64,000 bases of DNA from Kiritimatiellia bacterium (GTDB lineage Bacteria > Verrucomicrobiota > Kiritimatiellia > RFP12 > UBA1067): positions 1,696,001 to 1,760,000 of the forward strand of contig JBMNFY010000017.1 in assembly GCA_050949565.1 (NCBI GenBank), in the 5' to 3' direction. Position numbers and translations under genes: made by a program. Position 1 is the stretch's first letter. Every line of letters begins with the position of its first letter. Positions 10,636-20,817 of this stretch are shown in pieces. The notes under the pieces were generated by a model that saw nothing but the letters and a program-made list of their open reading frames with translations, made no database searches and was not told the DNA's origin.

Positions 10636-10973
10636 GGGTGAGTCTCCTTTTATGGGTTGCTTCGTTTTTCCTCACCCTGCCACCAAAATGTCCCGTTTGT
10701 GTCCCGTTTCCCTACACGCTAAACGCGCCCGCGCCCGCGTTTTCATTGGCTTAAAAAAAGTTTCGGCATGTCCTTTTGTGTCCTGTTTCGGGACAAAAAA
10801 AAGACCGCCCCGCATGAAGCAGGACGGCCAAAAATACACCGTTGTGTTGCTCAGATAATCGCTTGATCGGTACCCGGTCGCGCCGCGCCGTGTCATCTCG
10901 GCTTGCCACATCGGCAATTCTGATAATCTTTTGCAGCGTGCACACGGGCCATGTCACGCGCCAATCGTCTCTT

Positions 10974-11261
10974 TCAAGGCCCCCTTTTATGCTTGCGGCT
11001 GCCTTGCGCCGCGCCGCCCAATGCCCCTAATGCTACAGCGTCACCGCGCCCCGGATAATCTTCCGGTGTAGCTTCTCCTTTTTCCCATCGGCGGATTGTC
11101 TTTTCTGTCACGTTGCAAAGTTGCGCCGCTTCGAGTTGCGTCACGGCTTGCCGTTGCTTGGTTTTCGGCTTGTTGGCCGGGGCCGCGTCCGCCTGTTGCA
11201 TCCGCTCGGCAATCGTTCGCAGGTCGGCGCGTTCACGCTCCCGGTCTGCGGCCTCTTTCAC
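10974..11261 (-). pseudogene. HTH DNA-binding protein fragment, probably part of a longer frameshifted gene
   Basis: TQLEAAQLCNVTEKTIRRWEKG HTH motif. Confidence 0.5.
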
Positions 11262-11520
11262 CGCAGCCGGATTCGAGCCGACCAGCAGCCACTTCTGTGA
11301 GCGATTTTGTGCGCGTCGTTAAACGTCCGAGGATGTCCGCCCGTCCCGGCTCACAGGCATTTTGTCATAGTGCCGGGTAATCATGCAGCACCGATCTAAT
11401 GCCGTCCGGTGTCGGCTGGTTGTCGGCCAGCCATCGCAAGGCGTTGTCAACGACCGCTTGGTAATGCGGCCCTCTTTGGGAGCGTTTGGTTGTAAGGCGG
11501 TGCAGGTTCGAAGTACTAGC

Positions 11521-13162
11521 TCATTGTTCGCCCTCCTTCATAAGTTCCGCCAGCCGCGCCCGGTCAGCCGGCGACAAGGCTTTCAGTTGCTCGGCAAGGT
11601 CGGCGACCGTGCCGCCCGCGCCGATCTGTTTTGGGGGCGCACCGTTGCCGGTCAGCACTGCGGGGAGTGCCGCTTCAAGCTCGGCCCTTGAATCCGTGCC
11701 CCTCGGTTTGTAGTAGTGCCGCATGACGGTTTCAACAAGGCTGTGCCCGGTCAGTGCCTTTAGCTTTTCAACGCTGATACCCGCGTTCAGTGCCAGCGTG
11801 ACAAAGGTTGTTCTCAGCGCGTGGAAGTCATACCGGCTTGCCGCTTTCAGACCGACCGCCCGCCGTGTCCGGGTCACGTCCCGAATTGCCGCATTCACGC
11901 CGGGGGCTTGCGCGTCGGGAAGGAAGCGCACTCCGGCCAGCCGTTCGGCTTCGTGCATCAGCATGGAGATTCCGCCCCGCGATATGCGCCGCGTCTTTTG
12001 GATGTCCCGGTAGGATTCTCCGCCCGCGTACCGGGTCAGAAGGTCAATCATCTTAGCCCGCTTGGTTTCGGTCATTTTCGCGCTCTGTACGGCTTGCAGC
12101 ACTTGGGGGAGTATGCGGGCAAGGGGGACACGCTCCGGCGCGTCCTGTGCGGCCTGTGGCGCGTCCTGTGGCTTGGCAAACGCCAGCGCGAAAGCTTTTT
12201 TAATCCGGCGTGACACGCCGCTCGGGTTCGTCCGCAGTTCCCGCTCGGCTTCCGGGAACACAAAGACCGCGTCTTCGGCCCGTTCGGCAAGCCGTGCTTC
12301 CAGCACTTCCCGCAGACGGGGCAAAATCGGCAAGTAAAGCTCGGCTTTCGTTTTGGACGTGACCAGCCGCAACACGCCGCCCCGCAGGTCAACGCTTTCC
12401 CACCGCAACCGGCACACGTCCCCGCGCCGCAGTCCCGTTGAAAGCCCGGCAACGATCAAATCAAACGCCGTGCGGTCGCCCGCCGCCGCTTCGCAAGCAG
12501 GGTTTCGACTCTCGGCGGGGTTCAACGGTCTCGCGGTTGTATACCCGGTCGCCCTCGGTAGCGTCCACCGCAACGCCCGAAAACGGGTTTTCTACGCCGT
12601 GGGGCAACGCCCGCTTTAGAGCCTGACCGATTGCCGCCTTGTGTTTGCGGATGGTTGCCGCCGTCATTGTGCGCCCCGCCTCGTTCGGCACGTAAAGGCT
12701 TTCGATATACTCCCGCGCAATATCCGGCGTGATTTCAAGCACCGTGACCAGCCCGCGCCGGGAAACCCAATCCGCAAAGGCTTCAACCGTGCGCCGCTTC
12801 CAAGTCTCGTGTTGCTGTGACCGAGCCCGGCGCGTGTTGCCCGCCGTCATGCCGGGAAGGTCGGCAAGCGGGGTTTCCTTCCATTCGCGCCCAGTTTTGA
12901 TCGAGACAAGCTTGGCGGTAAGGTCTGCCGCCCGCCCCTTTGTCCGCGCTTCCCTCTGGAAGGTTTCGAGTTCCTTTTCCGCCCGCGCCCGGCTTGCCTC
13001 AAAAATGGCGTTGCCGGTTTCCCGCAGACTGCCGGGGTAGTGCTTGACCGGTAGCCGCTCGGTCAACGCGACAACCCGCCGCTTGCCGTTGCTGTCTACA
13101 AAAGAACCGTACCAGTTCCCGATCAACTGACCGTCCCGCCCGCGTCTGATTTCAAGTGCCAT
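11521..13162 (-). pseudogene. int: tyrosine recombinase/integrase, frameshifted at ~12490-12545
   Basis: MALEIRRGRDG start; TGLRRGDV (R), HALR, TGHS, HYY catalytic motifs split over two ORFs. Confidence 0.88.
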
Positions 13163-13314
13163 AGCTGCGTTCCTTCCGGTTGTTTGAAACAATGGAACAC
13201 AGTTTGAACCAAGCGGCATCGAATGGCAAGCAGAAAACACAAACAAACACAAAAACACGGTTTTAACCGTCAAGAAAATGCCGCTTTTATTGGGGTTTTT
13301 GCGGTTTGGCTTTA

Positions 13315-13367
13315 AGCTTTGGGAGCTGGATGTCGGGGGTTCAAATCCCTCCGCCCCGACCATTTTT
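13315..13367 (+). repeat. att site: duplicated 3' half of tRNA-Pro
   Basis: AGCTTTGGGAGCTGGATGTCGGGGGTTCAAATCCCTCCGCCCCGACCATTTTT matches 7508-7560 except G>A in the T-loop. Confidence 0.95.
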
Positions 13368-13392
13368 TTTGCTCGTACGGTGAGGGAGCGGA

Positions 13393-16300
13393 ATGGATCC
13401 GGTTGAACGGTATTTGAGCGACATAGGGGAGATTCGCGCCACAGGCGCGGGTACTGTCGAAACGTCCTACTACCCCGCGCTTTCCACGCTCTTGAATGAG
13501 ATCGGCAAACGGCCAACCCCCAAAGTCCGTTGCGTGATCCAGCTCCAGAACAAGGGCGCGGGTATGCCCGACGGCGGCATGTTCACCGCCGACCAGTTCA
13601 GAAGCAAGGCCGCCAAACAGAACGCCGGGGCTAACCCGCTCGAAACCCTTCCGCCCTCCCGTGGCGTGATCGAAGTCAAATCCCCCGCCGAGGATCTGGC
13701 GGACATCATCGCAAGCGAACAAATTGCCCGCTATTGGGATTATTACGGCCTCGTGCTGGTCACGAATTACCGCGCCTTCACGCTGATCGGACGCACGGCC
13801 ACCGGCCACGCCGTAGAGTTGGAACGCTTCACGCTGGCTGCGACCGAAGCGGAGTTCTGGAAACTGGCCGCGCATCCGCGCACCTGCCCCGACGGACTGC
13901 GCGAACGTTTCGCCGAATATCTATACCGCGCCATGACGCACAACGCGCCGTTGGCCAAGCCCCACGATGTGGCCGCTATCCTCGCTTCCTACGCCCGCGA
14001 CGCCAAGGCGCGCATCGAACACGCTGACCTGCCTGCGCTGGCCGGACTGCGCGAAGCCCTGGAACTCGCCCTCGGCCTGAAATTCGAAGGCGAGAAGGGC
14101 GAGCATTTCTTCCGTTCTACGCTGATTCAGACCCTCTTTTACGGCATCTTTTCCGCATGGGTGCTGTGGGCACGCAAGCGCGCGTCAACCCCCGCCGCGT
14201 CCACCAAGGAAAAGACGCTCAAGTATGAGCTGAAAGAGTCGGCGACAGCCTACCGCACGGACGCCAAGCATTTTGACTGGCGCACCGCCGTGTGGCACTT
14301 GCGCGTGCCGATGATCCGCGCTCTGTTCGTGCAGATCGCCACCCCCGAACGGCTCGGCTCCTTGGGGTTGGCGGAAGTTCTCGACTGGACCGCGTCCGCC
14401 CTGAACCGCGTGGACGGCGATGCGTTCTTTGCGGCCTTCGATGAGGGCCACGCCGTCCAGTATTTCTACGAGCCGTTCTTGCAGAAGTTCGACCCCGAGT
14501 TGCGCAAAGACCTTGGCGTGTGGTACACGCCGACCGAGATCGTTGAGTATCAGGTTGAGCGCGTGGATACCGTTCTGCGCGAAGAGCTGCACATTGCCGA
14601 CGGACTGGCCGACCCGCGCGTGATCGTCCTCGATCCCTGCTGCGGCACCGGTGCGTATGTGCGCGCGGTGCTAACCCGCATCGCCAAGACGCTGAACGAC
14701 AAAGGCGGCGACAGCCTGACCGCGCAAGACCTGAAAACCGCCGCGCTTGAACGCGTCTTGGGCTTCGAGATTCTGCCTGCGCCCTTCGTCATTGCCCACT
14801 TGCAAATCGGCCTTTTGCTAGAAACACTCGGCGCGCCGCTCAACGAATCCAAAGACGAGCGCGTCGGCGTCTACCTGACCAACGCCCTGACCGGCTGGAA
14901 ACCGCCGAAAGAGCCCAAGACGCTCTTGCTCTTTCCCGAAATGGCGGAGGAGCGCGACGCCGCCGACCGCATCAAGCGGCGCGACAGCATTCTCGTTATC
15001 CTCGGCAACCCGCCTTATGATGGCTTTGCGGGGGTCGCCGTAACCGCCGAAGAACGCGCCCTCTCGGACGCCTACCGTGCGACACGCCTCGCGCCACCGC
15101 CGCAGGGACAAGGACTCAACGACCTCTATGTCCGCTTCTTCCGCATGGCCGAACGGCGCATCGTGGAAATGAACCAGCCGCAAAAAGGCATCATCTGTTT
15201 CATCTCCAATTACTCGTGGCTCGATGGGCTGTCTTTCACAGGCATGCGCGAACGCTATCTTGAGGTTTTTGAGCGTATCGCCATCGACAACCTGAATGGC
15301 GACAAGTACAAGACCGGCAAGCTCACGCCCGAGGGCGATCCCGATCCCAGCGCCTTCTCCACCGAGTACAACCGGGAAGGCATCCAAGTCGGCACGGCCG
15401 TCACGCTGCTGGTCAAAAACGGTGTTCCCCTGGCAGGGGCGGCACCCCGGTCTATCCGCTTTCGCCATTTCTGGGGCAAAAACAAACGCGCTGACTTGCT
15501 TGCTGATAACGTCCCGTATCAAGAACTCATCCCGGTCGCTGAAATCGGATATCCCTTCTTGCCCGGACTCATCGCCTCCGGCTATACCACATGGTCCGCG
15601 CTGCCCGCGCTCTTCCCGACGTCCTTCCCCGGCGTGAAGACGAGCCGCGACGACTTCCTTGTGGATATTGACCGGGATCGCCTGTTGGCCCGTCTCCAAA
15701 CTTATTTCGATCCAGACGTATCCCACGCAGAAATGCGCCAGCTCAACCCCGGCGTGATGGAAGACACGCCGCGTTTCAAAGGCGAGGCTGTGCGCGACAC
15801 CTTGCGCAAACGTGGCTTCCTGCCCGACAACATTGTCCGCTACTGTTACCGCCCCTTCGATACGCGCTGGCTCTACTGGGAGCCGGAAACAAAGCTGCTC
15901 GACGAGAAACGCAGCGATTATTTTCCGCATGTCTTCGAGGGAAATATCGCTCTCGTGTCACAACAAAAGCCTCGTCGCGAATGGCAACCGTCACAAGTAA
16001 TTTGCAGGATAGGTTGTCTGGACCTCATGGATCGTTCGGCATCCTTCTTCCCGCTCTATCTGCACTCCGACGGCTCATCCCTGCTTGAGCCTGTAGGCAA
16101 GCGACCGAACCTGAGCGATACGGCAGCCGCCTATATTGCCGATTTGGATGTCGGTCCCGAAGACCTTTTCTATCACGCGCTGGCCATCATGCACGCCCCC
16201 GCCTACCGTACTGAGAACGCGGGTGCGTTGCGGCAGGACTGGCCGCGCATTCCGTTGCCCGCGACGCAAAAGGCGTTGTTGGCTTCGGCGGCGTTGGGGC

Positions 16301-16845
16301 GGCGGGTGGCGGCATTGCTGGACACGGAAACGCCCGTCCCGGGCGTGACCGCCGGGAGTATCCGCGAGGAGCTGAAAGCTGTCGCGGTCTTCACGCGCAC
16401 AGACGGCAAGCAGGCCCGTTCAGATGCAGGCGATTTAGATGTGACGGCGGGCTGGGGTTACGCCGGCAAAGGCGGCGTGACCATGCCGGGGCGGGGGAAG
16501 ATTGAAACGTCGAACGCAGAACGCAGAACGCCCAACGCAGAAGGGCACTTCAATGTTCAGAGTTCGACGTTGGACGTTCAACGTTCTTTCGATGTGTACC
16601 TCAACGACCTGACCTGTTGGCGCAACGTGCCTGTGTCCGTATGGGAATACACGATAGGCGGGTATCAGGTCATCAAAAAATGGCTTTCCTATCGCGAAAA
16701 GCCCTTGCTGGGGCGCGGCCTGACCGTGGCCGAGGTGCGGTATGTCACCGAGACCGCCCGCCGCATCGCGGCGTTGATTGCGATGCAGGCGGAGTTGGAT
16801 GAGAATTACCGTATTGTGGCCGCAGACACTTATACAATCTTTTAG
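13393..16845 (+). CDS. type IIG / type ISP-like restriction-modification enzyme (nuclease + N6-adenine MTase + C-terminal specificity domain)
   Basis: PD...IEVK nuclease motif, GVWYTP, DPCCGTG, GNPPY, YRPFD, IGGYQVIKKWL. Confidence 0.88.
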   Translation: MDPVERYLSDIGEIRATGAGTVETSYYPALSTLLNEIGKRPTPKVRCVIQLQNKGAGMPDGGMFTADQFRSKAAKQNAGANPLETLPPSRGVIEVKSPAEDLADIIASEQIARYWDYYGLVLVTNYRAFTLIGRTATGHAVELERFTLAATEAEFWKLAAHPRTCPDGLRERFAEYLYRAMTHNAPLAKPHDVAAILASYARDAKARIEHADLPALAGLREALELALGLKFEGEKGEHFFRSTLIQTLFYGIFSAWVLWARKRASTPAASTKEKTLKYELKESATAYRTDAKHFDWRTAVWHLRVPMIRALFVQIATPERLGSLGLAEVLDWTASALNRVDGDAFFAAFDEGHAVQYFYEPFLQKFDPELRKDLGVWYTPTEIVEYQVERVDTVLREELHIADGLADPRVIVLDPCCGTGAYVRAVLTRIAKTLNDKGGDSLTAQDLKTAALERVLGFEILPAPFVIAHLQIGLLLETLGAPLNESKDERVGVYLTNALTGWKPPKEPKTLLLFPEMAEERDAADRIKRRDSILVILGNPPYDGFAGVAVTAEERALSDAYRATRLAPPPQGQGLNDLYVRFFRMAERRIVEMNQPQKGIICFISNYSWLDGLSFTGMRERYLEVFERIAIDNLNGDKYKTGKLTPEGDPDPSAFSTEYNREGIQVGTAVTLLVKNGVPLAGAAPRSIRFRHFWGKNKRADLLADNVPYQELIPVAEIGYPFLPGLIASGYTTWSALPALFPTSFPGVKTSRDDFLVDIDRDRLLARLQTYFDPDVSHAEMRQLNPGVMEDTPRFKGEAVRDTLRKRGFLPDNIVRYCYRPFDTRWLYWEPETKLLDEKRSDYFPHVFEGNIALVSQQKPRREWQPSQVICRIGCLDLMDRSASFFPLYLHSDGSSLLEPVGKRPNLSDTAAAYIADLDVGPEDLFYHALAIMHAPAYRTENAGALRQDWPRIPLPATQKALLASAALGRRVAALLDTETPVPGVTAGSIREELKAVAVFTRTDGKQARSDAGDLDVTAGWGYAGKGGVTMPGRGKIETSNAERRTPNAEGHFNVQSSTLDVQRSFDVYLNDLTCWRNVPVSVWEYTIGGYQVIKKWLSYREKPLLGRGLTVAEVRYVTETARRIAALIAMQAELDENYRIVAADTYTIF
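16505..16586. repeat. in-frame heptamer palindrome inside the RM gene
   Basis: (AACGCAG)n ... (GACGTTG/C)n arms encoding TSNAERRTPNAEGHFNVQSSTLDVQRS. Confidence 0.75.
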
Positions 16846-16879
16846 CCTAAAAAGAGCAGTTGAACCTTCAATTCTCTTT

Positions 16880-17027
16880 GGTTTCTGGTTTCAAGGTTTC
16901 AAGGTTTCATGGTTTCATCCAAATCGGGATCGGGATCGCTATCGGGATCGATTGTTTAACCACGGAACACACCGAACACACGGAAAGGCATGGCTCTGTT
17001 TCCGTATGTTTAGTGTGTTCCGTGGTT
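16880..17027. repeat. intergenic cluster of short tandem repeats
   Basis: (GGTTTCA)n, (ATCGGG)n and an AACCACGGAACAC...GTGTTCCGTGGTT inverted pair. Confidence 0.8.
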
Positions 17028-17369
17028 CCCATCAGAAATTGCGTTCTGCACCAAATAGGTGCGGCGCGAATCTCAACGGAAGCCAATGTTTACGGGGCTT
17101 TGCTCAAAATCTGCATGCTCAACTGCTCTTTTTAGGCTTAGTCGATTGCGCCAGCGACGAAGTGTTTCGACGAAGTGTTTTGGACGACGAAGCGGAGGGA
17201 CGAAGTGTGCCTCGCGGCACCGCTTTTACGCGTCGCCCTGCCACCACACTCGTGCTTAAAAAGCGGCGTCGCGCGGAATACCGCTTGCCGCCGCACTCCA
17301 TATCTTTTCGCCTGACTTATGAGTGCCGAAATGGGCACAAACCACGCACTAAACTCGCCCCCCGCGGTC

Positions 17370-18811
17370 CGTCAAATAGAAAAGACACCGTAGGTTTTTT
17401 TGAGGCGGTGACGATCCGTCAAATACTGGACACCGAGGGGGTCAAGGGACGAGGGGCTGGTCAACGGCGTGAAGGGTGGCCGGGTTCCGCGCCCTGTCCC
17501 GCCGGTATTCCGGCGGGACAGGGCGCGGAACCCGGGGTGGTCATCCCTTGCGCTTCGCGTTTGGCGAGCTTGTTCTGCTTGCGCAGGATCAGCGCGTATC
17601 GGCGGCGGATGTCCTCAGGGAGGCGGATCGGATTGGTCTTTTCGCGGAGCGCGGTAAGACGCCGGATCACGGCGGGGTCCGCGTATCCCGACGCAATCAC
17701 CCTGTCGAGGGGCGTGGCGGGCTTGTCGTAACGCTTGGAGAAGCCGTGCGAGTCCGGCCTTTTGGTTTTGGAGATGAGCCGCTTGCAGGGGCGGAAGAGG
17801 TTGTTGTACAGCGATATCTTCGCGCACAGGACGTCCATGTCCTTCTTGAGCTCGAGGCGGTCGATGCGCTCGTAGCCGAAATACTCGCGGACGACGGAGG
17901 CGTTCTTCTGCTCCACGCGGGCGTTGTCGTTCTTGTTCCCGGGGCGGGAACGGGTGAAGGCGAGGGGGCGGGGGCGGTCCCGCGCGTAGCCGAGCACGTG
18001 GGCGTTGAGGAACTCCAGCCCGCTGTCCGAGTGCATGGCCGTGAGCGGGAACGGGAACGCGGCCTCGGCGTCGGCGAGGCCTTCCTTGGTCGCGGCCGCG
18101 CCGCGGTTCCAGACGCAGCGCAGCTCCGTCCACTGCGTCAGGCGGTCCGTGAGCGTGAGGATCCAGAAGAAGTTGCCGCTCATGTCGCCCCCGCAGAGCG
18201 CGACCGTGTCGACCTGCGTGTCGCCGGGGGCGGCGGGCGGCAGCGCCTCGCCCGGGACGCAGGGGACGCTCGACGCCAGCGCGTTCGCCCCGCTGCGGCG
18301 GTTGCGGCGGCGCGGGGCCTCGCGCGGGTGCTTGCGGAGGATGCGCTCCATCGTCGACGCGCTCATGCGCAGAACCTGCGCCGCGGCCGCCTCGTCGACA
18401 TGCTCGAGCTCGCGCAGCGCGGCCATCTGGCGGTCCGCCACGGTCACAAGGTACTGGGGCGTCATGCGTCCCGAGGCGCGCCAGAGACGCAGGAACAGGG
18501 CTTCCGCCCCGGGCGTGTACGTCTTCCCGCGCCCGGCGTGATCGCGGTACTTCCGGTTGCCGGTCAGCAGCCGGATGGCGTATTTGCGCTCGGCCCCCGT
18601 GACCTGGCAGAAGTCGTCGATCGCGGCACTCTTGGCCTTCTTGCTCTTCAGTTTTGAATAGGCGCGACGCTTCGCGCCGACGTATTCCATCGTGGCTTTC
18701 CGTGACATCTCGTTTCTCATGCGAGCCGATTCTAGCACGGTGTCCAGTATTTGACGGATGCGCTTGATTTCCGGACACCGCGATTTTGGCTACGGTGTCC
18801 ATGACTATGAC
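17370..18811 (-). mobile_element. insertion sequence (IS1202/IS481-like, rve DDE); outer ends approximate
   Basis: 22-bp perfect IR 17414-17435 / 18738-18759, additional GACACCG subterminal repeats, right end TGTCA; GC higher than flanks. Confidence 0.8.
17461..18720 (-). CDS. DDE transposase (integrase core)
   Basis: DDFCQVTGAERKYAIRLL, QVDTV, HSDSGLEF, NDNARVEQKN. Confidence 0.88.
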   Translation of the reverse strand: MRNEMSRKATMEYVGAKRRAYSKLKSKKAKSAAIDDFCQVTGAERKYAIRLLTGNRKYRDHAGRGKTYTPGAEALFLRLWRASGRMTPQYLVTVADRQMAALRELEHVDEAAAAQVLRMSASTMERILRKHPREAPRRRNRRSGANALASSVPCVPGEALPPAAPGDTQVDTVALCGGDMSGNFFWILTLTDRLTQWTELRCVWNRGAAATKEGLADAEAAFPFPLTAMHSDSGLEFLNAHVLGYARDRPRPLAFTRSRPGNKNDNARVEQKNASVVREYFGYERIDRLELKKDMDVLCAKISLYNNLFRPCKRLISKTKRPDSHGFSKRYDKPATPLDRVIASGYADPAVIRRLTALREKTNPIRLPEDIRRRYALILRKQNKLAKREAQGMTTPGSAPCPAGIPAGQGAEPGHPSRR

Positions 18812-18906
18812 ATGCCGCGAGCGCTTGATGAATCCGATCTTTTGGTGTGCGAAGCCAGCACGTTATGGTACGCTCTTCAATCAATTACTGCTTGTCGGGT
18901 GATTTG

Positions 18907-19338
18907 ATGAATGGGCGTTACAGACAATTCAATCCCAAACGGAGATTCCTCGCGGTCGACACGGACGTGTTGAAACGTCTGGATGACCTGTCGAAAAAGG
19001 TCAGTTACGGGGGAAATCCTGAACACAAGAAGAATCCGGGTGACTTCGGTCTGACACCTCCGGCGTCTCCCTGACAGGGGAAATCGCTCTGTGATGTCGC
19101 TGATGTTTTCACTCGGCACGAAGCGCTGAACCTGCTTCAAGAAGGCATGCGAAGGGGGTTGGTTAGTGATAGGGAAGAACAGGGCTGGCCCAAGAATGTG
19201 TGGTCTGTGACAAAAAGCGACATCCCGCTGGAAGCGCAGCTCGAAAATCCGGCGACAGGCTGTTACCATGGCTACCCGATGCCGGGAAGCGATCCGTTGG
19301 CGGCTGAAGTACTTGCGCGATGGAGGCAACATGTCTAA
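18907..19338 (+). pseudogene. small toxin-like hypothetical protein interrupted by an in-frame TGA at 19072-19074
   Basis: two ORFs in the same frame join: YGGNPEHK...PASP*QGKSLCD...WPKNVW...YHGYP. Confidence 0.65.
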
Positions 19339-20635
19339 CCTAAACTTTTCCATAGATTGGTTGTCGTCGGGGAGTGCCGACCCCGTTTTGCGCGATACTT
19401 CCGCTCAATTGTCAATCCATTTGGATCATGTCTGCCTAACTCGGAACGAGGATATCTGGTCGAAAACGGTACGCGACTCGATCTTGGTGTCGGTTTACCC
19501 ATTAGCGTTCTGGTTGGCGGGTTCATGGTGGAGATTGAACAACGAGCCGCTGCCGGCCTCTGGAACCAGGCCGCCTCTCGCTTGGCGCATGGCTCATGAA
19601 TTGGGAGCCGCCAATCACGGTTTTGTGTGGCCCAGGATCTTGTTTGTTCCCGACGGCGAATCGATGAGCATCTGGGCGGAACCGATCGCGACGCCGGGGC
19701 AATCCGTAAACTATATGACGGGGCTCGACACCGTAAAGACGCTCTCGATGAAAGATTTTCAGCGTTCGACCGATGACTTGGTCGAAAACGTATTAAGTCG
19801 GTTGGAAGCGGTTGGACAGGGCCAAACGGAGTTGGCTTCACTCTGGGCGCTCGTAAAAGAAGACAGAAACGATGCCAAAGCAAGTAGGGTACGGCAATTA
19901 GAAGCTCAGATGGGGTTTGACCCGGAAGAGTGCTCACCCGCGATTATTGAAGAAGCCCTGAGTATGCAAGCGACAACCGGGCAATCAGCCATGTCAGAAT
20001 TGGCTCCCGTCTTTAGCGATGAGATTTCCAGAATAGGCGATCTCCAAGGGCAGTCTGGACTAAAGGGGCGTCCGCGGGTGACTTCTGCCGACATCGACAT
20101 GTCCGCCATACGGGCGAGACCCTGGGAACAAGGCGTGGCGGCGGCTAAACGGCTTCGAGAACGCCTAGACAATAGTGCGGCTCCTATTTCTGATGCTATT
20201 CTGCTCGATCTGCTAGGTATCTCCCAAAAAGAAGCGGCGCGGTGGGAGCCTGCCAAGACTCCCGTGGCGATTGCCAAGCCCGGTCATGCGGGACACTGGG
20301 ATCTCATTCCCAGAAAGGCGCACCCGATTGCCAAACGGTTTGAGTGGTCTCGTTTTCTCGGGGATGTCCTTTCCCAACCTGAGGGGAGCGCGGATTGGTT
20401 GGTTTCCTCTGACCTTGCAACCGCACGTCAGAAACGCCAACGCGCGTTTGCCGCAGAATTCCTTTGTCCGATTGATGCGCTCGTCGATGTGCTCAACGGC
20501 GACTATTCGGAAACCGCGCAAGAAGAAGCAGCGGAGTATTTCAAGGTCAGCGAAAAAACAGTCGAGTCCCATCTGGCAAACCATGATTACATCGAGCGCG
20601 TGGAGCCGCAACTTCCCTATAGATTGGCCGTGTAA
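19331..20635 (+). CDS. ImmA/IrrE (peptidase M78)-like protein with degenerate HExxH
   Basis: KRFEWSRFLGD in place of RFxxAHELGH; QRAFAAEFLCP; GGAGG RBS; overlaps the upstream gene. Confidence 0.7.
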   Translation: MSNLNFSIDWLSSGSADPVLRDTSAQLSIHLDHVCLTRNEDIWSKTVRDSILVSVYPLAFWLAGSWWRLNNEPLPASGTRPPLAWRMAHELGAANHGFVWPRILFVPDGESMSIWAEPIATPGQSVNYMTGLDTVKTLSMKDFQRSTDDLVENVLSRLEAVGQGQTELASLWALVKEDRNDAKASRVRQLEAQMGFDPEECSPAIIEEALSMQATTGQSAMSELAPVFSDEISRIGDLQGQSGLKGRPRVTSADIDMSAIRARPWEQGVAAAKRLRERLDNSAAPISDAILLDLLGISQKEAARWEPAKTPVAIAKPGHAGHWDLIPRKAHPIAKRFEWSRFLGDVLSQPEGSADWLVSSDLATARQKRQRAFAAEFLCPIDALVDVLNGDYSETAQEEAAEYFKVSEKTVESHLANHDYIERVEPQLPYRLAV

Positions 20636-20817
20636 GACTCTCGGGGCCACCCCTTGGTATCCCCGGCGTCTTGGCGGTTTGCTTAAGTGGCTCGCGGGGA
20701 CGCTCGCCCTCCCGGGGCTCCGCACTTGAAAGTTGAGAGTTGGTGTTTTTTGCGGCCTATAATGCGGCATTGAAATTTGGGTTGCTGTGCGCAGCCGCGC
20801 CAGAGGAAGCTTAAACC

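Larger units (their letters stand above)
7508..13367. mobile_element. integrative satellite-like element in tRNA-Pro (~5.8 kb)
   Basis: 53-bp direct repeat 7508-7560 / 13315-13367 (1 mismatch); tyrosine integrase, xis-like HTH and replication protein inside. Confidence 0.9.

Noticed and set aside
13312-13367. Second tRNA-Pro
   Set aside because: Lacks the 5' acceptor strand and D arm; it is the att duplicate.
19072-19074. Selenocysteine or recoded TGA
   Set aside because: Context fits an Arg CGA>TGA change, there is no Cys-type motif, and TGA is used as stop throughout the window.
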